A DNA stretch of 63,855 nt, the filler included, from Reticulomyxa filosa (lineage: Eukaryota; Protista; Foraminifera), in NCBI GenBank assembly GCA_000512085.1. It is 20 parts of 20 records of this genome, joined end to end, with 100 filler letters (N's around TTAATTAATTAA, not from the genome) between each part and the next. Parts side by side here need not be neighbours in the genome. Positions count along the whole stretch, not along the records: positions 28,149 to 31,933 come from ASPP01021364.1; positions 32,034 to 34,015 come from ASPP01012491.1; positions 34,116 to 35,514 come from ASPP01037689.1; positions 35,615 to 39,598 come from ASPP01007009.1; positions 39,699 to 48,853 come from ASPP01018342.1; 15 more parts are not named here. One strand, 5' to 3'. The position numbers and the translations under genes are program-made. The stretch's first letter is position 1. Every line of letters begins with the position of its first letter. This document shows positions 28,230-39,818 of the stretch, one piece after another. The notes under the pieces are model-generated. The model was not told the origin of the DNA. It made no database searches and was given only the letters and a program-made list of their open reading frames with translations.

Positions 28230-29258
28230 ATAACCATAATTTCTCAAGTATTTTGGAAGATCTTCTCTCAATCGCAAATTTCGAATGGTCTGTCGTTTTT
28301 TACTGTCGAACCTCTGAATGACTTCTCCACGATCCCTCAGATCGTCGTCGCTATCCCAGTCACTTTCATCACTATCACTATCGCTGTCATTGTCACTGTC
28401 ACTGTCATCATCGCTCTCATTGTTGTTCGCGCCTGTTTTACTCCTTTTTTGTGCCTTTTTTGAGGCCTTGTCTTTTTTCTTTTTTATCTTTTTCAACGTC
28501 TTTTGCGCTTTTTCGTCCCCTTCCATTGTCGCTTTGTCCAACTCTTCAATTTTTTTTTTGTGTCGAAATTCGCGCATTTTCTCGTGCCGTTCGATCACGA
28601 GTTGATGTGTTGCCAAATCATAATTGTTCCAACGATCTCGTTTTCCATCGAATGTATAGTTCTGATTATCAAAAAGTAAAAAGTAAAAAGCACAAATATT
28701 ACATACCCATTGAAATATATAACGTCTTATGTCTCAATTTTTATCTGTTTGTTCGTTGGATATACATTTACCCGTTTCTCGGGAAGCAATTCGTCTTTTT
28801 GCAAATCTGTATTTGTGTATTTTGCCTTTATTTGGCGAGGTCGTTCCACACAGTCCTTTGTCTTATGTGTTCCTGCACCACAGTTCTCACAACAGCCGTC
28901 TTCCCAACGTATTTTATCTTTTGCTTTGTCATTGATGCCTGTACCCACTACGTCGCCCACTTTTGCCAATTTCGAAAAATCTGAGGTCAGTCGCTGATGT
29001 CTGAGTCCTGGTCTGCCATCACTTAAATACCCTTTTTTTATTGTTGAAATTGTTTTCATTTGTTTTGTTTGTTTGTTTGTTTGTTTTTTTTTGTCCTTTT
29101 TCCTAACATGGCGCCTCTGCCATGTACTGAGGAATATGTGGATTGATTATATATCCTTCATCATCCACCTCAGCTGGTGCTGCACCCAGTTTCCTGAGTT
29201 CTTCTAACTCTTTCTTCTTTTTATAATCATCTCGACCAAGCTTTATTCCTGCAGCCAT
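28230..29258 (-). CDS. SLU7: Pre-mRNA splicing factor SLU7 (3' partial, spliced)
   Basis: [50 protein letters not shown]|WYL..LRHQR; zinc knuckle [21 protein letters not shown]; [12 protein letters not shown]; [17 protein letters not shown]. Confidence 0.95.
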
Positions 29259-31485
29259 GTCCTATCTTTTTTATTCTTCAAAATATTGAGACCCCTTTCT
29301 GAGCAAAACGAAGACCCCGAAAAGCGTTCACAACACTTTTTGTGTAAGTGAAATTTGCGCTTGAGTTGTTATGTTTATGATTTGTGAAGCTTTTGGGATT
29401 CGTGTATAATTTCAACAAAATTAGTATTCAACATTAATAGCCATAACCAAATATGAAACAATACAATCAATCTAAAAAACTATTCATTAAAAACAGGCAC
29501 TAACTTTCAAAGTGAAGCATTGATCTAAAACGAGAAAAAAGAGGAGTAATTAGTAAAAAAAAGTGGAGGAAAATGGTATTGGCTCTATTTTTCGGCGTTG
29601 TGCCTTATCCTACAACCAACACTTCGAATTTTATACAGTGTTTGTCTATAATCATAATGTTAATTTTGTTTTGAAAGCCATGACTTAAAAAAGTGTTGTT
29701 GTTTTTCGCTTAAAAAAAGCTTTGTGTTGATTACTACCTTTAATATTAACACTTCGCTTGTTGTAACCAAACTTGAAGGGAGATTCCTTGTGCAAAGACG
29801 ACCGCGAGAATGTTATTTTCATACAAAATGAAATCAGGAAATATGCATCAACAATTATATTTACAGTTTTATTAAAAAATAATTGCTTTTGTATTCGTGG
29901 GAAACGATAACCTGATTCTTTTTGCATTCTTTTTGACAATCTTGCCTTCGCAAATCAATTCGAATTTGTATAGTTTGGATCGATTCAATAGAATGTCGTT
30001 TGTAAAAATCATATAATCGTTCATGGAAGCTTCACACTTTGCAATTGAATGATTTCATGAAGCAATAATAATACATATGACTGGAACTCTTGTCTTTGTT
30101 TATATTACTTTCGCTCATTTCATCTTGAGTCGTTGTTACTAGAGTGCCTTGTTTGATTGTAATGTTTGAAATGGAGTCATCATCATGTCGGAGTGTGTTG
30201 TCTTATTCGTCGTTTCCACTCCATTCTCCATCGGCTCTTCATATTATGTTTATACTATAAACACGACTTAGAAAATAATTTTTTTTTATAAATAACTAAA
30301 TAATCAAGTTAATAACAAGAGCAACATTATTGATAATTTTAATATTTCAAGGATCGATTTAGAATCCGAATAATTAGCAAATGACCGAACGAAAACAAAT
30401 GTCAAAAAAAGTGAAACAATTAAATAATTCTTTGATTGTTACACGATCAAAAAATAACAAATGTCCCCTTGTTTTTCTTCATTTCGCACAAATTCATGGT
30501 ATACTACATTTATTTTTGGCATGATGTAAGAAGTGATACAGCAATGAGGAGTGTGGTACGAAAGTTGTGATTGTAACGAAATTCGCTAAACACGAATTAG
30601 TTTAAATGAAGAAACAGGAAAAATAAATGAAAGACACAAAAGAATTGTTAACGGAGTTAGTGGAAAAATTTTAGGGGTTTGTTTTTTGAGAAACATATAA
30701 CTTCTTAAGTACTTTCAGTTTTTTGTAGATTCTACTTGCGTCTCTTTACTTTTACTTCTGCTCCGTTTTCGCTTCTTTTCTTTATTTTATATTAAACCCA
30801 ATAGTATATCGTCCACAGACTAAAAAAAAGACAAGTCTAACGCTGGTACATAAATTATACCATTTGTTATTGATGAAAGTAGGTCTCTGCTTTGTGGTGT
30901 TTATCGCTTCGTTATATTATTTTTTACATTTTTTTGGGCTGGTCTCAACACCTTGAATACATCTTTTTCTTTTGGCGTGTTACAATACATATGCGTCAAC
31001 AACTCCCCCTTTTAGGAAAGATAAATTGAAACAAAGCTCAGACATACGTACATAACAATGCACCCCTTCTTAATGGGAAAAGTTTTCTGCACGTTCGAGA
31101 ACCATTTTTAAAGGTTCTTATAGGTCCATAGCCTGTTGACACCAAAAAAAACTCTTATAAAAAAAGAGTGCTAGTTTTCCAAGTTTTCGTAAAGCTTTTG
31201 GGTAGTTGTGCGCATAATTTCGAAGTTGAAAGGGTTAGCATGTAAATAAGATAAGAAATTTGAATCGATTATAGTGTCATGTTTCGAAGTACAGTGAAAG
31301 ATCAATATATAGCATTACCAAGGGACGCGTTTGAGCGAGATGATGGCATTGATAAGTACATTGCGTCGTTGGATGGAGAGAGTTTTGTGTCTTAAACGTT
31401 TTGAGAGTTTTGTCCAGAGAGAGCAAAAACTCTATATTTTTATTTTTTTAAAAAAAAAGATCAAAACGACTTATATCGAAGAAAG

Positions 31486-31830
31486 ATGTCATCATTTGTC
31501 TCCTTGCCTGATGATGAGCAGCCTGTATTTCCAGAGATGCAAGGAGTAGTTGAGTGTGATGAAAAAGGAGACAATTAAATTTTTTCAAAAAAATTTGCTG
31601 CTGACCCTTTCAGAGTGTTTGAAAACTAATCTCAAACAACAACAAAAAAAAAAAAAAAAAAAATAAGAAATCATTGTTTGAGCGAAGAAAGAAAGCATTG
31701 GATCCAGCGTCGCAAAGTGGATCAGGACTAAAGAAAAAGAATCGAGGTTTTTTTTCGAATTTTAAGTGGTCCCGACTATACAGCACCGGATCTTTGCAGT
31801 TCCTCATGGCGATTTGCCTGTCACTACTGG
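31486..31830 (+). CDS. Hypothetical gene 5' fragment, possible membrane protein
   Basis: Coding-like exons ending in hydrophobic LQFLMAICLSLL followed by gtac; truncated by contig end. Confidence 0.25.
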
Positions 31831-32033
31831 TACGTATATATTATTGCCTATTCATCAATGACCCACTTTTTCCCAAAAGGAATTATAAAAAAAAAAGTGT
31901 TTCAATTTCTGTGTTTCACCTTAGGTATATTTTNNNNNNNNNNNNNNNNNNNNNNNNNNNNNNNNNNNNNNNNNNNNTTAATTAATTAANNNNNNNNNNN
32001 NNNNNNNNNNNNNNNNNNNNNNNNNNNNNNNNN

Positions 32034-33404
32034 TTTTCTTTTTCTTTTTCCTTTTCCTTCTCATTGAGCTTGTTTTCAATGGCTTGATACTTTTGTCGCT
32101 CTTGTGCGCCCCGCAGAATGTCCACGACCACGTCCGATGCATGTTGATTGCAGAAGAACACCACCATTTCGTTGTTGTCTTTGCGCGACATGAGCAGCAA
32201 TCGCGGCAGTTGCACCAGCTCCTTTAGCAATTGTGTTCCAACTGGCAAAGGCTCTCCAAATTGTTGCTGGTAGAGTTTGGACAGTATTTGGATTGTTATC
32301 CCTGTGTTCACTCTTTTGTGTGTGTGTGTGTGTGTGTATGTTTATTGTTTGTAATAGGGTCATTTTATACGCACAAATATACATATAAATATACATATAA
32401 ATATACATATAAATATACATATAAATATACATATAAATATACATATAAATATACATATAAATATACATATAAATGTACATATAAATATACATAAATGTAT
32501 ATTTATATGTACATTTATATGTATATAAATATACCGTATGTATGTATTGTGAACATGAACAACAATATCTATCTTTTTTTTAAAAAAAAAAAAAAAGAGA
32601 GTCAAAACTTGACGATTTGGTAGATGCGTTCAATCTTGCGTGCGTTAGTGTTTGGAGAATTAACGCCAATGGAAAGTGACTGTGGCGAGGATTGCAACTG
32701 GACCTGGGGTATGAATCGCAAAGGAGGGACGGACATGCGATTGAACCTGCCATCGATGAGTGGCTTGTGTGAGTGTCGAAGTGCAAAGGACTGCTGCGAT
32801 TGCGAATGCGAATGCGAATGCGAATGCGACTGTGGCGAGGACGGGACTTGCAACTGTGGTGGCGTGTGCGACTGCTGACGCAGTGTAGGCTGCAAGTGCA
32901 CATAAGGAATTGGATGTGGACGTTGCGGCGACAAATGAGGCGAGTGTCGGATCCACGGCGATATATTCGAGGAACCGTCCAAATGATTGGCATGATATGG
33001 CTTGCTGCCAAACTCCGGTGCCGTTTGGGCTTTCAATAGCATAGGTTGCTCGTGACATACAATTGGCGACACGGATTTGATGGGTTCTCGACTAATTGAT
33101 ACAAGAGGACGGTAATGGTGATTCCTTGAAACCCAATGCTGCGGATGGCCCAGATTGCCTGTGTCTTTGGTGCCAATACTGAGATTCAGTCCTGCATTGT
33201 GCATTGGGCCGTGGTGCATCACTCCTCTGTGCTTGTCGGCTGTCTCGTCCGCGTTCACATGGCAAGAAGGACCGTTGAAGCTGTCGGGCGAACTGTACGA
33301 TTGAAACAGCTTCACACTTGGCGTGGCTTGTTCAGCCCCACCCATTGAATAGCCACCACGAAACCCTCGAATATCTTCGTTTGGCTTTAGTGTCATTGAG
33401 CCAA

Positions 33405-33445
<41 letters not shown>

Positions 33446-33836
33446 TGATAATTTGAATGATTGTGGTTATGATTATGATTATAATTGTGGTTATAATTGT
33501 GGTTATGATTATGGTTATGATTGTTATTATGATTGTTATTATGATTGTGATTGTAATTATGATTATGATTATAGTTATTATTATTATTATTATAATTATG
33601 ACTGCTCTCGCTTTTATCACTACTATGCTTGTGCACATAGTGTGGCGACACAAACTTCGTCTGCTCTGAGTCACGTGTTGGTCCTTGATCTTGCTCCTCC
33701 ACGACTCCCGTGCCGTGATGGTTCGCAGGTCGCCAACTTGGCTCTGCTATTCCCTCCCATGGGGACGGGGACATTGGCACGGATGCCGATTCGTTGAAGA
33801 GCTCGCTCAACGACGCTTCGTTGTTATTTATCAAGT
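32034..33836 (-). CDS. LOTUS/OST-HTH-like domain protein with Asn/His-rich low-complexity region (partial)
   Basis: Intron 32608-32313 joins KIERIYQIVK to VNTGITIQILSKLYQQQFGEPLPVGTQLLKELVQLP, fitting the LOTUS pattern (L..Y...FG..L....L..L); upstream 410-aa frame with NHN repeats. Confidence 0.6.
32376..32500. repeat. Intronic 12-bp minisatellite (ATATACATATAA)n, about 9-10 copies
   Basis: Directly visible near-perfect tandem array inside the LOTUS-gene intron. Confidence 0.9.
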
Positions 33837-33956
33837 CTATACAATTGTTATATTGTTATTGGACAACTTTATCCACTTGCATTATTTGTTTAGTCTCAAC
33901 AACAACCTCCTCAAAAAAAAGACTCTTGCAATATCGAAAATTCGCGGAATTTTCCC

Positions 33957-33987
<31 letters not shown>

Positions 33988-34677
33988 GTCAATGTGATAA
34001 AAAAAAAAACTTTAANNNNNNNNNNNNNNNNNNNNNNNNNNNNNNNNNNNNNNNNNNNNTTAATTAATTAANNNNNNNNNNNNNNNNNNNNNNNNNNNNN
34101 NNNNNNNNNNNNNNNCCGCCTTATCCAAAAAGGATGTAACACGCTAAAAAAAACTAAAACAAATTGTAAAATACTGGTTTACACTTATCATAAACACAAT
34201 TTAATGGGTTAAGACGAACAATAATCAATTTAACAAAAACTTAAAAAAGATATATAAGATCAAAAGGTATAAGATTTCTAGTCGTCTCACTGTTCCTACA
34301 ACAATTGTGTTTTTTTTTTATTAATAACCTGATCATAAGATTTTCATCAAAAATTGATATAACTGACTGAAAATCGTTCGCTAATCAATCGAAATTTTGT
34401 ATTTCATAATAATATCAACTGACTCATGTTAAACTAAAAAAGGTGAAATAAAAAGTTATTTCAAAAAAATAAAAATTGATAAAGAAAATAGAGAATGCAC
34501 ACAATGTGTTAATTTCTTGTGTCATGGCGCTTGTCAAAGTTACCGTATGATGACTTGAAGGATCTAATTAAATTCGGTTGTGCAATAGCAAGGACTAATT
34601 AGCAAACTATTCAAAGAAAACTGGTAAGAGAAAAAAAGGAAATTTTCATGCCAAAAAAGAAGGCTAGCTTGTATTGA

Positions 34678-35494
34678 ATGGATGTCGATACCGAATTGCA
34701 TCAATCATTTTTTGGTTTACCACCACAACAAATCCAAGCAACCACCCTTGCTGATCAAGGGAATGAAGTACAACTGCCAGATACATTAGCAAACGAAGCA
34801 GCAGCGACGGAGCCCCAAGAAGTGACAACAATGACAGAAGTAAGCCCCAGCCTTCCGCCAAGCAACCCAAGCAAGGAAGAGTTGGGACGTGAAGACAGTA
34901 TCGGCGCAATTTCGCAAGTCCCCGTGAACCGCTCGAGTGAAGACAGTAGAGTGCTAAAGCAAGAAGAGTTCTTCGATCCAAGTCAAAGCAATACAATCAA
35001 CAATAACAATGAGAGCATACCAACAAAGGCGTTCAAAAAAAAAAGGATTGGTCCTATTCGCGACCCCATATTATTGCGTTTTATGGGCGTGGATGCGAGC
35101 CACCCAAAGATTCAGGACACAAGCAACGAGCCGAGTAACTCGTCATTTTTCGCGGACCTGGACATTGACAATCTGGAGGAGAAGCCATGGGAAGCGAAGA
35201 ACGCGGACATAACAGACTGGTTCAACTACGGGTTTACGGAGGAGTCATGGCGAGAGTATTGCATCGCTCAAGTGAAATGGAGAAAGTTTTTGAAGTACAA
35301 GCCATCGACTAGCCATCATCTGGGCGCGAGTGCCAACGCCGGTATCAATTTTGCCACCGGTGTAGGCGCTCTTGCCGCTTCCGGCGCAAATATCGGCGTC
35401 ACCACAGGCATTGCTATGTCCGCTCCATACACCACGTCCCATTTCAACGAATCAAATGGTGGTGCCTTTGTCGTCCCACATCACGGCCATCATG
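34678..35494 (+). CDS. FIP1: Pre-mRNA 3'-end processing factor Fip1 (probably 3' partial)
   Basis: Fip1 motif DLDIDNLEEKPWEAKNADITDWFNYGFTEESWREYC after an acidic disordered N-terminus. Confidence 0.93.
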
Positions 35495-35689
35495 TATGAA
35501 CAAAAAAAAAAAAANNNNNNNNNNNNNNNNNNNNNNNNNNNNNNNNNNNNNNNNNNNNTTAATTAATTAANNNNNNNNNNNNNNNNNNNNNNNNNNNNNN
35601 NNNNNNNNNNNNNNGTTCAATGTACCTTTACGTATGCAAGGAAGGAGTATGTGTAAAAAAAAAAAAAAAAAATGAAGCTAAATCTCAAC

Positions 35690-36616
35690 TGGTTTTCACC
35701 CAAAGAAGATTGTTTGTGACATTCGTATCTTCGAGCTGGAGCATCGAGCTCCATAAACATACACTTTTGTCCATTGACTTCAATCCGATTCACAATCGAT
35801 TTCATGGAGATGCAATATAAAAAGGATTTTGTAAATGTTGCCTCTACTTGTCCGATTATCTCTTTTTCCGTAAAATTAAATGTTAGCTTTAGGAATTACA
35901 AATTTCACCCCCCCCCCAAATTCTCACTCCAAATTTAGTGACTCTAAAACATTTTCTTCATGGAAAAAAAGAAGAAAAAATTTGTATCGGTATCTCGAGA
36001 GACACAAAACTTCTAACTTTGTCAAAAAGTATGGATTTCACAATCTGGACGGTGTGGAATAAAGTCTTGTTGTGTCGATCGTAGTACATGGATCGGACTC
36101 CAAAATCGACGATTTTGCTTCGATACTCAATTGCGCTTTCTTTACTGTTCTTGAAGTTGTCGTCGTTCGACCATTCATTTCTTTGTCTCGCCTGCTTCTT
36201 TTCTTCTTTGTCACTGTTGAGGTATTTTTGGAGTACTGGTTTGTCGTATCTTGAATGATAGCGTCGGAAATTGAGAAGCTGTCCTGTTTTTTTGGAAGAG
36301 AAAAGAAATAAATAGCGTTCTCCAGATTGCTGTTGGGATAAAAAATAAGACCTGAATACATCAGTTTGTGATTATGGGATAATGCCTTTTTCGCCTTTGA
36401 TATGGTTTTGAATAATACTTTGCCTTTCCTATGCGTTCCATTATTTGAATCGTCTAGTTGCAGTTCTTCCACGTCGAGGCCTTTTGACAAGAGAAACAGC
36501 TTCAGCCTGTCTTCAGTAACATTTTTGTCAATATTTGTTATTACTAATGTACAATTGTTCGTAAATTTTTTTTTTACTCCCATCGGAGTTGGTTTCGCTT
36601 CATATATACTTGTCAT
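35690..36616 (-). CDS. RRM-domain protein (probably spliced, 3' partial)
   Basis: TLVITNIDKNVTEDRLKLFL..KGKVLFKTISKAKKAL fits RNP2/RNP1 spacing; ORF 36038-36616 with probable downstream exons. Confidence 0.65.
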
Positions 36617-37060
36617 CGCTTGTTTTGGTGTTGACTGAACCTTTGAGTCGTTGAAAAACGTGCTACAATACGCACTCTTTTCTTTTAAGGCAACCAGCTT
36701 GGACCACTACCCGCCATCTTCTTGTTAATGGTTAAACTGTATGCTATTTATGGAAATAGATACACTTTATCCACTAACACCAATGTTATACCTCTTGAAA
36801 CATAAACCGATAAGAATTTGTCATTTAAAGGTGTGGTGAAATGTTTCATTAACAAGCATTAATTTATCTTGGCCGATTATTTTTGTTTAAGATTTTTTAT
36901 TAGTTTAAAATTCATTACCGATAAAAAAGTTGTTTCCAAAAAAAAAAAAAAAAAAAGGATCATATATATTCTATGTTGATTATTGATTCTAACAAATATC
37001 TGTAAGTGACTTTGAAAAACATTATAAATACAGCAAGAACTTGTATCTTGGCTAACATCA

Positions 37061-38584
37061 ATGACACATGATCCCTTGCATGAAAACAAAATAACTCAAT
37101 TTAAGCAACTGACGAATGTGACAGAGGATGAGCTAGCCACGCGTTACCTGAACGAGTGTAATTGGGATTGTGAGGCGGCAGTGGGACTGTGGTACCAAAG
37201 TAACGAATCGATGAAAGTGGCAGTGGAGCCAAGAGAGAGAGTGTCTTCAGGGAATTGGATGTACGGATTAATATTGCGAATACCATTCCTTCGACAAGTG
37301 AAAAGCTTATTATGTAAGTGTGGAAGATGCATAAAAGCGTTGTATTCGATATTGCAAAGACTGGTCGAAATATTTGTGAGTTTGATCAGAGGCATTGTGG
37401 AGGCATTTGTAAGACGAGGTCGAAGAAGAAGCAGACATGGACAAACGACCAATTACCCGCAGTGTTACGAGCAGTTTGTGAATCGTTACGGAAATGACGC
37501 GACGATGGTGTTTCAGTGCAGCACATTTGCACATATCCGATCGCTCGCGCTGCAAACGCAGCAATGCATTATGGTTTACTTCCACAACCAAAGTCCGGTC
37601 GACTTGAACGCGTCTGATCTGTTCGTGCGAAACATACTGAGCGACGAGCATGTCGTCCAATATCTCACCGACAATTTCATTTCATGGATGGCCGATCTAA
37701 GATTTACGGAATCTGCCCAATTGTTCCAACAAGTTGTTTTTTTTAATTAAAAAAAACGAGTGTGTGTTTTTGATCCCTCAGCATTCGCATTATATGTACA
37801 TATACATATACATATATATATATATATATATGTACATATATAGATGTTATATGAAAGAGGTTTAACTGAAAGTGATGTGGAAGGGGTGGATGGCGTATGG
37901 GTGGCAATGCTATCCGTCAATCCGAGAAGCAACGCGGTAGTAATTTTAGACAGTGTGGTGATTGAACCGAAAAAGATGCTGGGAATGGAGTTTCGAATGA
38001 ACGTGCTAGACAGTGCGCTTCACAAGTGGCGGGAATTACAGATCACGTGGCAACAGGAACAGGACGAGGCCAATGCCTCCAGACTTCTGCGACTGCAACA
38101 AGAGGAGGAATACGAACGTGAGTTGCGTGAAGAGACGAGACGGGAAAAGGAAAGGGAACGAGGGAAAGAAAAGGATAGAAGAGACGACGAAAAGTATAAC
38201 TCCGATGATAAGGATAATGACAAGGATAGTAAGGACGATGAAGACAGCGAAACCAAAATGAAAAGTATACGACGAATTGAAAATGCAAAAACCAAACTAA
38301 CTCCGGAACCTTCTTTCGTCGATGTCTCTCGCTGTGTCAAAATTCGTATCAACTTACCCAATGGCAAAAAAATTGAGAGGCTTTTCCAACGTACTGATCC
38401 TATCGAACAAATCTTCTACTTTGTTGAAACTCATGAGCTGAGGGACGCCAATGGACTTTTTATCGAACATTGGGAGTTAATTCGCACTCTTCCCGATCTT
38501 CATAAATACCAAAAATCCAAATCCACTCTGCAACAACTTGGAATCACTTTTCCTGTCAATTTATTTGTTCAACAAGTCTTTTAA
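37061..38584 (+). CDS. FAF2: FAF2/UBXD8-like protein (UBA-like, UAS, coiled coil, UBX)
   Basis: ITQFKQLT..ATRYLNECNWDCEAAV (UBA-like); FVNRYG..MVYFH..FVRNILSDEHVVQYLTDNFISW (UAS); LRLQQEEEYE; KIRINLPNGKKIERLF (UBX); phase-0 intron 37733-37843. Confidence 0.88.
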
Positions 38585-39818
38585 TTCATTGTCTCTTTTT
38601 TTCATACCATTAATAAATCACTGCCTCATTTCTTTTTTGCACTATCTCTGCACTTTTCAACTCCTCTTTTTTTTCTATCGGATAAAATATTGAGGAGGGG
38701 TTACCACTGTTTTAACTAGTTATTTTTAATTATCTCCAACATTTAAATTTGCTCTTTAAAAGTATTATGTACGTCCAGTTGAGTGTAATAAAAACGTTGA
38801 TAATGAGGACACCAAGAAAACATGAAAAGCGTACTGGAAAAAACGAAGAGCCTTTTGTTTGCTAAGAGTTCTTTCAGACCCCCTTAAGCGCGTTTTAAAA
38901 TGATTGTTATTTAAAAAGTTCTAGACCAACATCAAAATGAATCAAACTCATATCAATCCAGAAAACAATTTGATATCTATTGTATTATTACCATCTGTGC
39001 ATATCCTACTCGGTCGTGATCAACGTATGGTCTACAAACACTAAGTTTTGGTTGGTGGAAGATTGTCAACATCGATAGTGTTATCTATATAACACAATCA
39101 AAAATCAGTATAAGTGTATATATGACTATCAAATAATGTCTTGTTTCGTGAATACTGTATCATAAAATGCGTAAACACAAAAACATATACAGTATCACTT
39201 TGTTATCTTTCAGCAATCAAGACAAAATATGAAAAAGCGCACCTTGATTATGGACTATCATAGTGTTTGTGATTATAATATTGAAGACGAAACAAAAGTT
39301 AAACTAAATGATCGATCAAATAAGTAGATTCCTTTCATCAACTATAACAGCAAATCAATTTACATTTGAAGAGAAAAATATTAATTGATAGCAATAATGA
39401 ACATTTGCGTTTATAACTTATTTAATTTGGATACAAATCACAGTATTTTATCACTTTCCAATGATGATTTTAAGTCATTATTGCTTTGTGAAAACTAATT
39501 TGGACAAAAAACAGAATGAAATGATATTATTTTTTGAAAAGATTGAATTTTCATTTAGTACATTAGAATGCAGAGTAAAGTTTACACATAAAATGGCANN
39601 NNNNNNNNNNNNNNNNNNNNNNNNNNNNNNNNNNNNNNNNNNTTAATTAATTAANNNNNNNNNNNNNNNNNNNNNNNNNNNNNNNNNNNNNNNNNNNNCA
39701 GGCAAATCCTTCAATCATTATATTACATATATTAATTTAATTAAATTAATTCAATTTTTTTTTAAAAAAAAAAAAAAAAAAAACAACACACACACATACA
39801 CACAAGAATGCACAAAAC

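Noticed and set aside
32376-32500. CRISPR-like array (also 5671-5775)
   Set aside because: Head-to-tail repeats with no unique spacers, no cas genes, eukaryotic intronic or intergenic context.
28209-38584. Apparent cluster of RNA-processing genes (SLU7, LOTUS, FIP1, RRM)
   Set aside because: Each is on a different contig separated by artificial linkers, so adjacency is not evidence of linkage.
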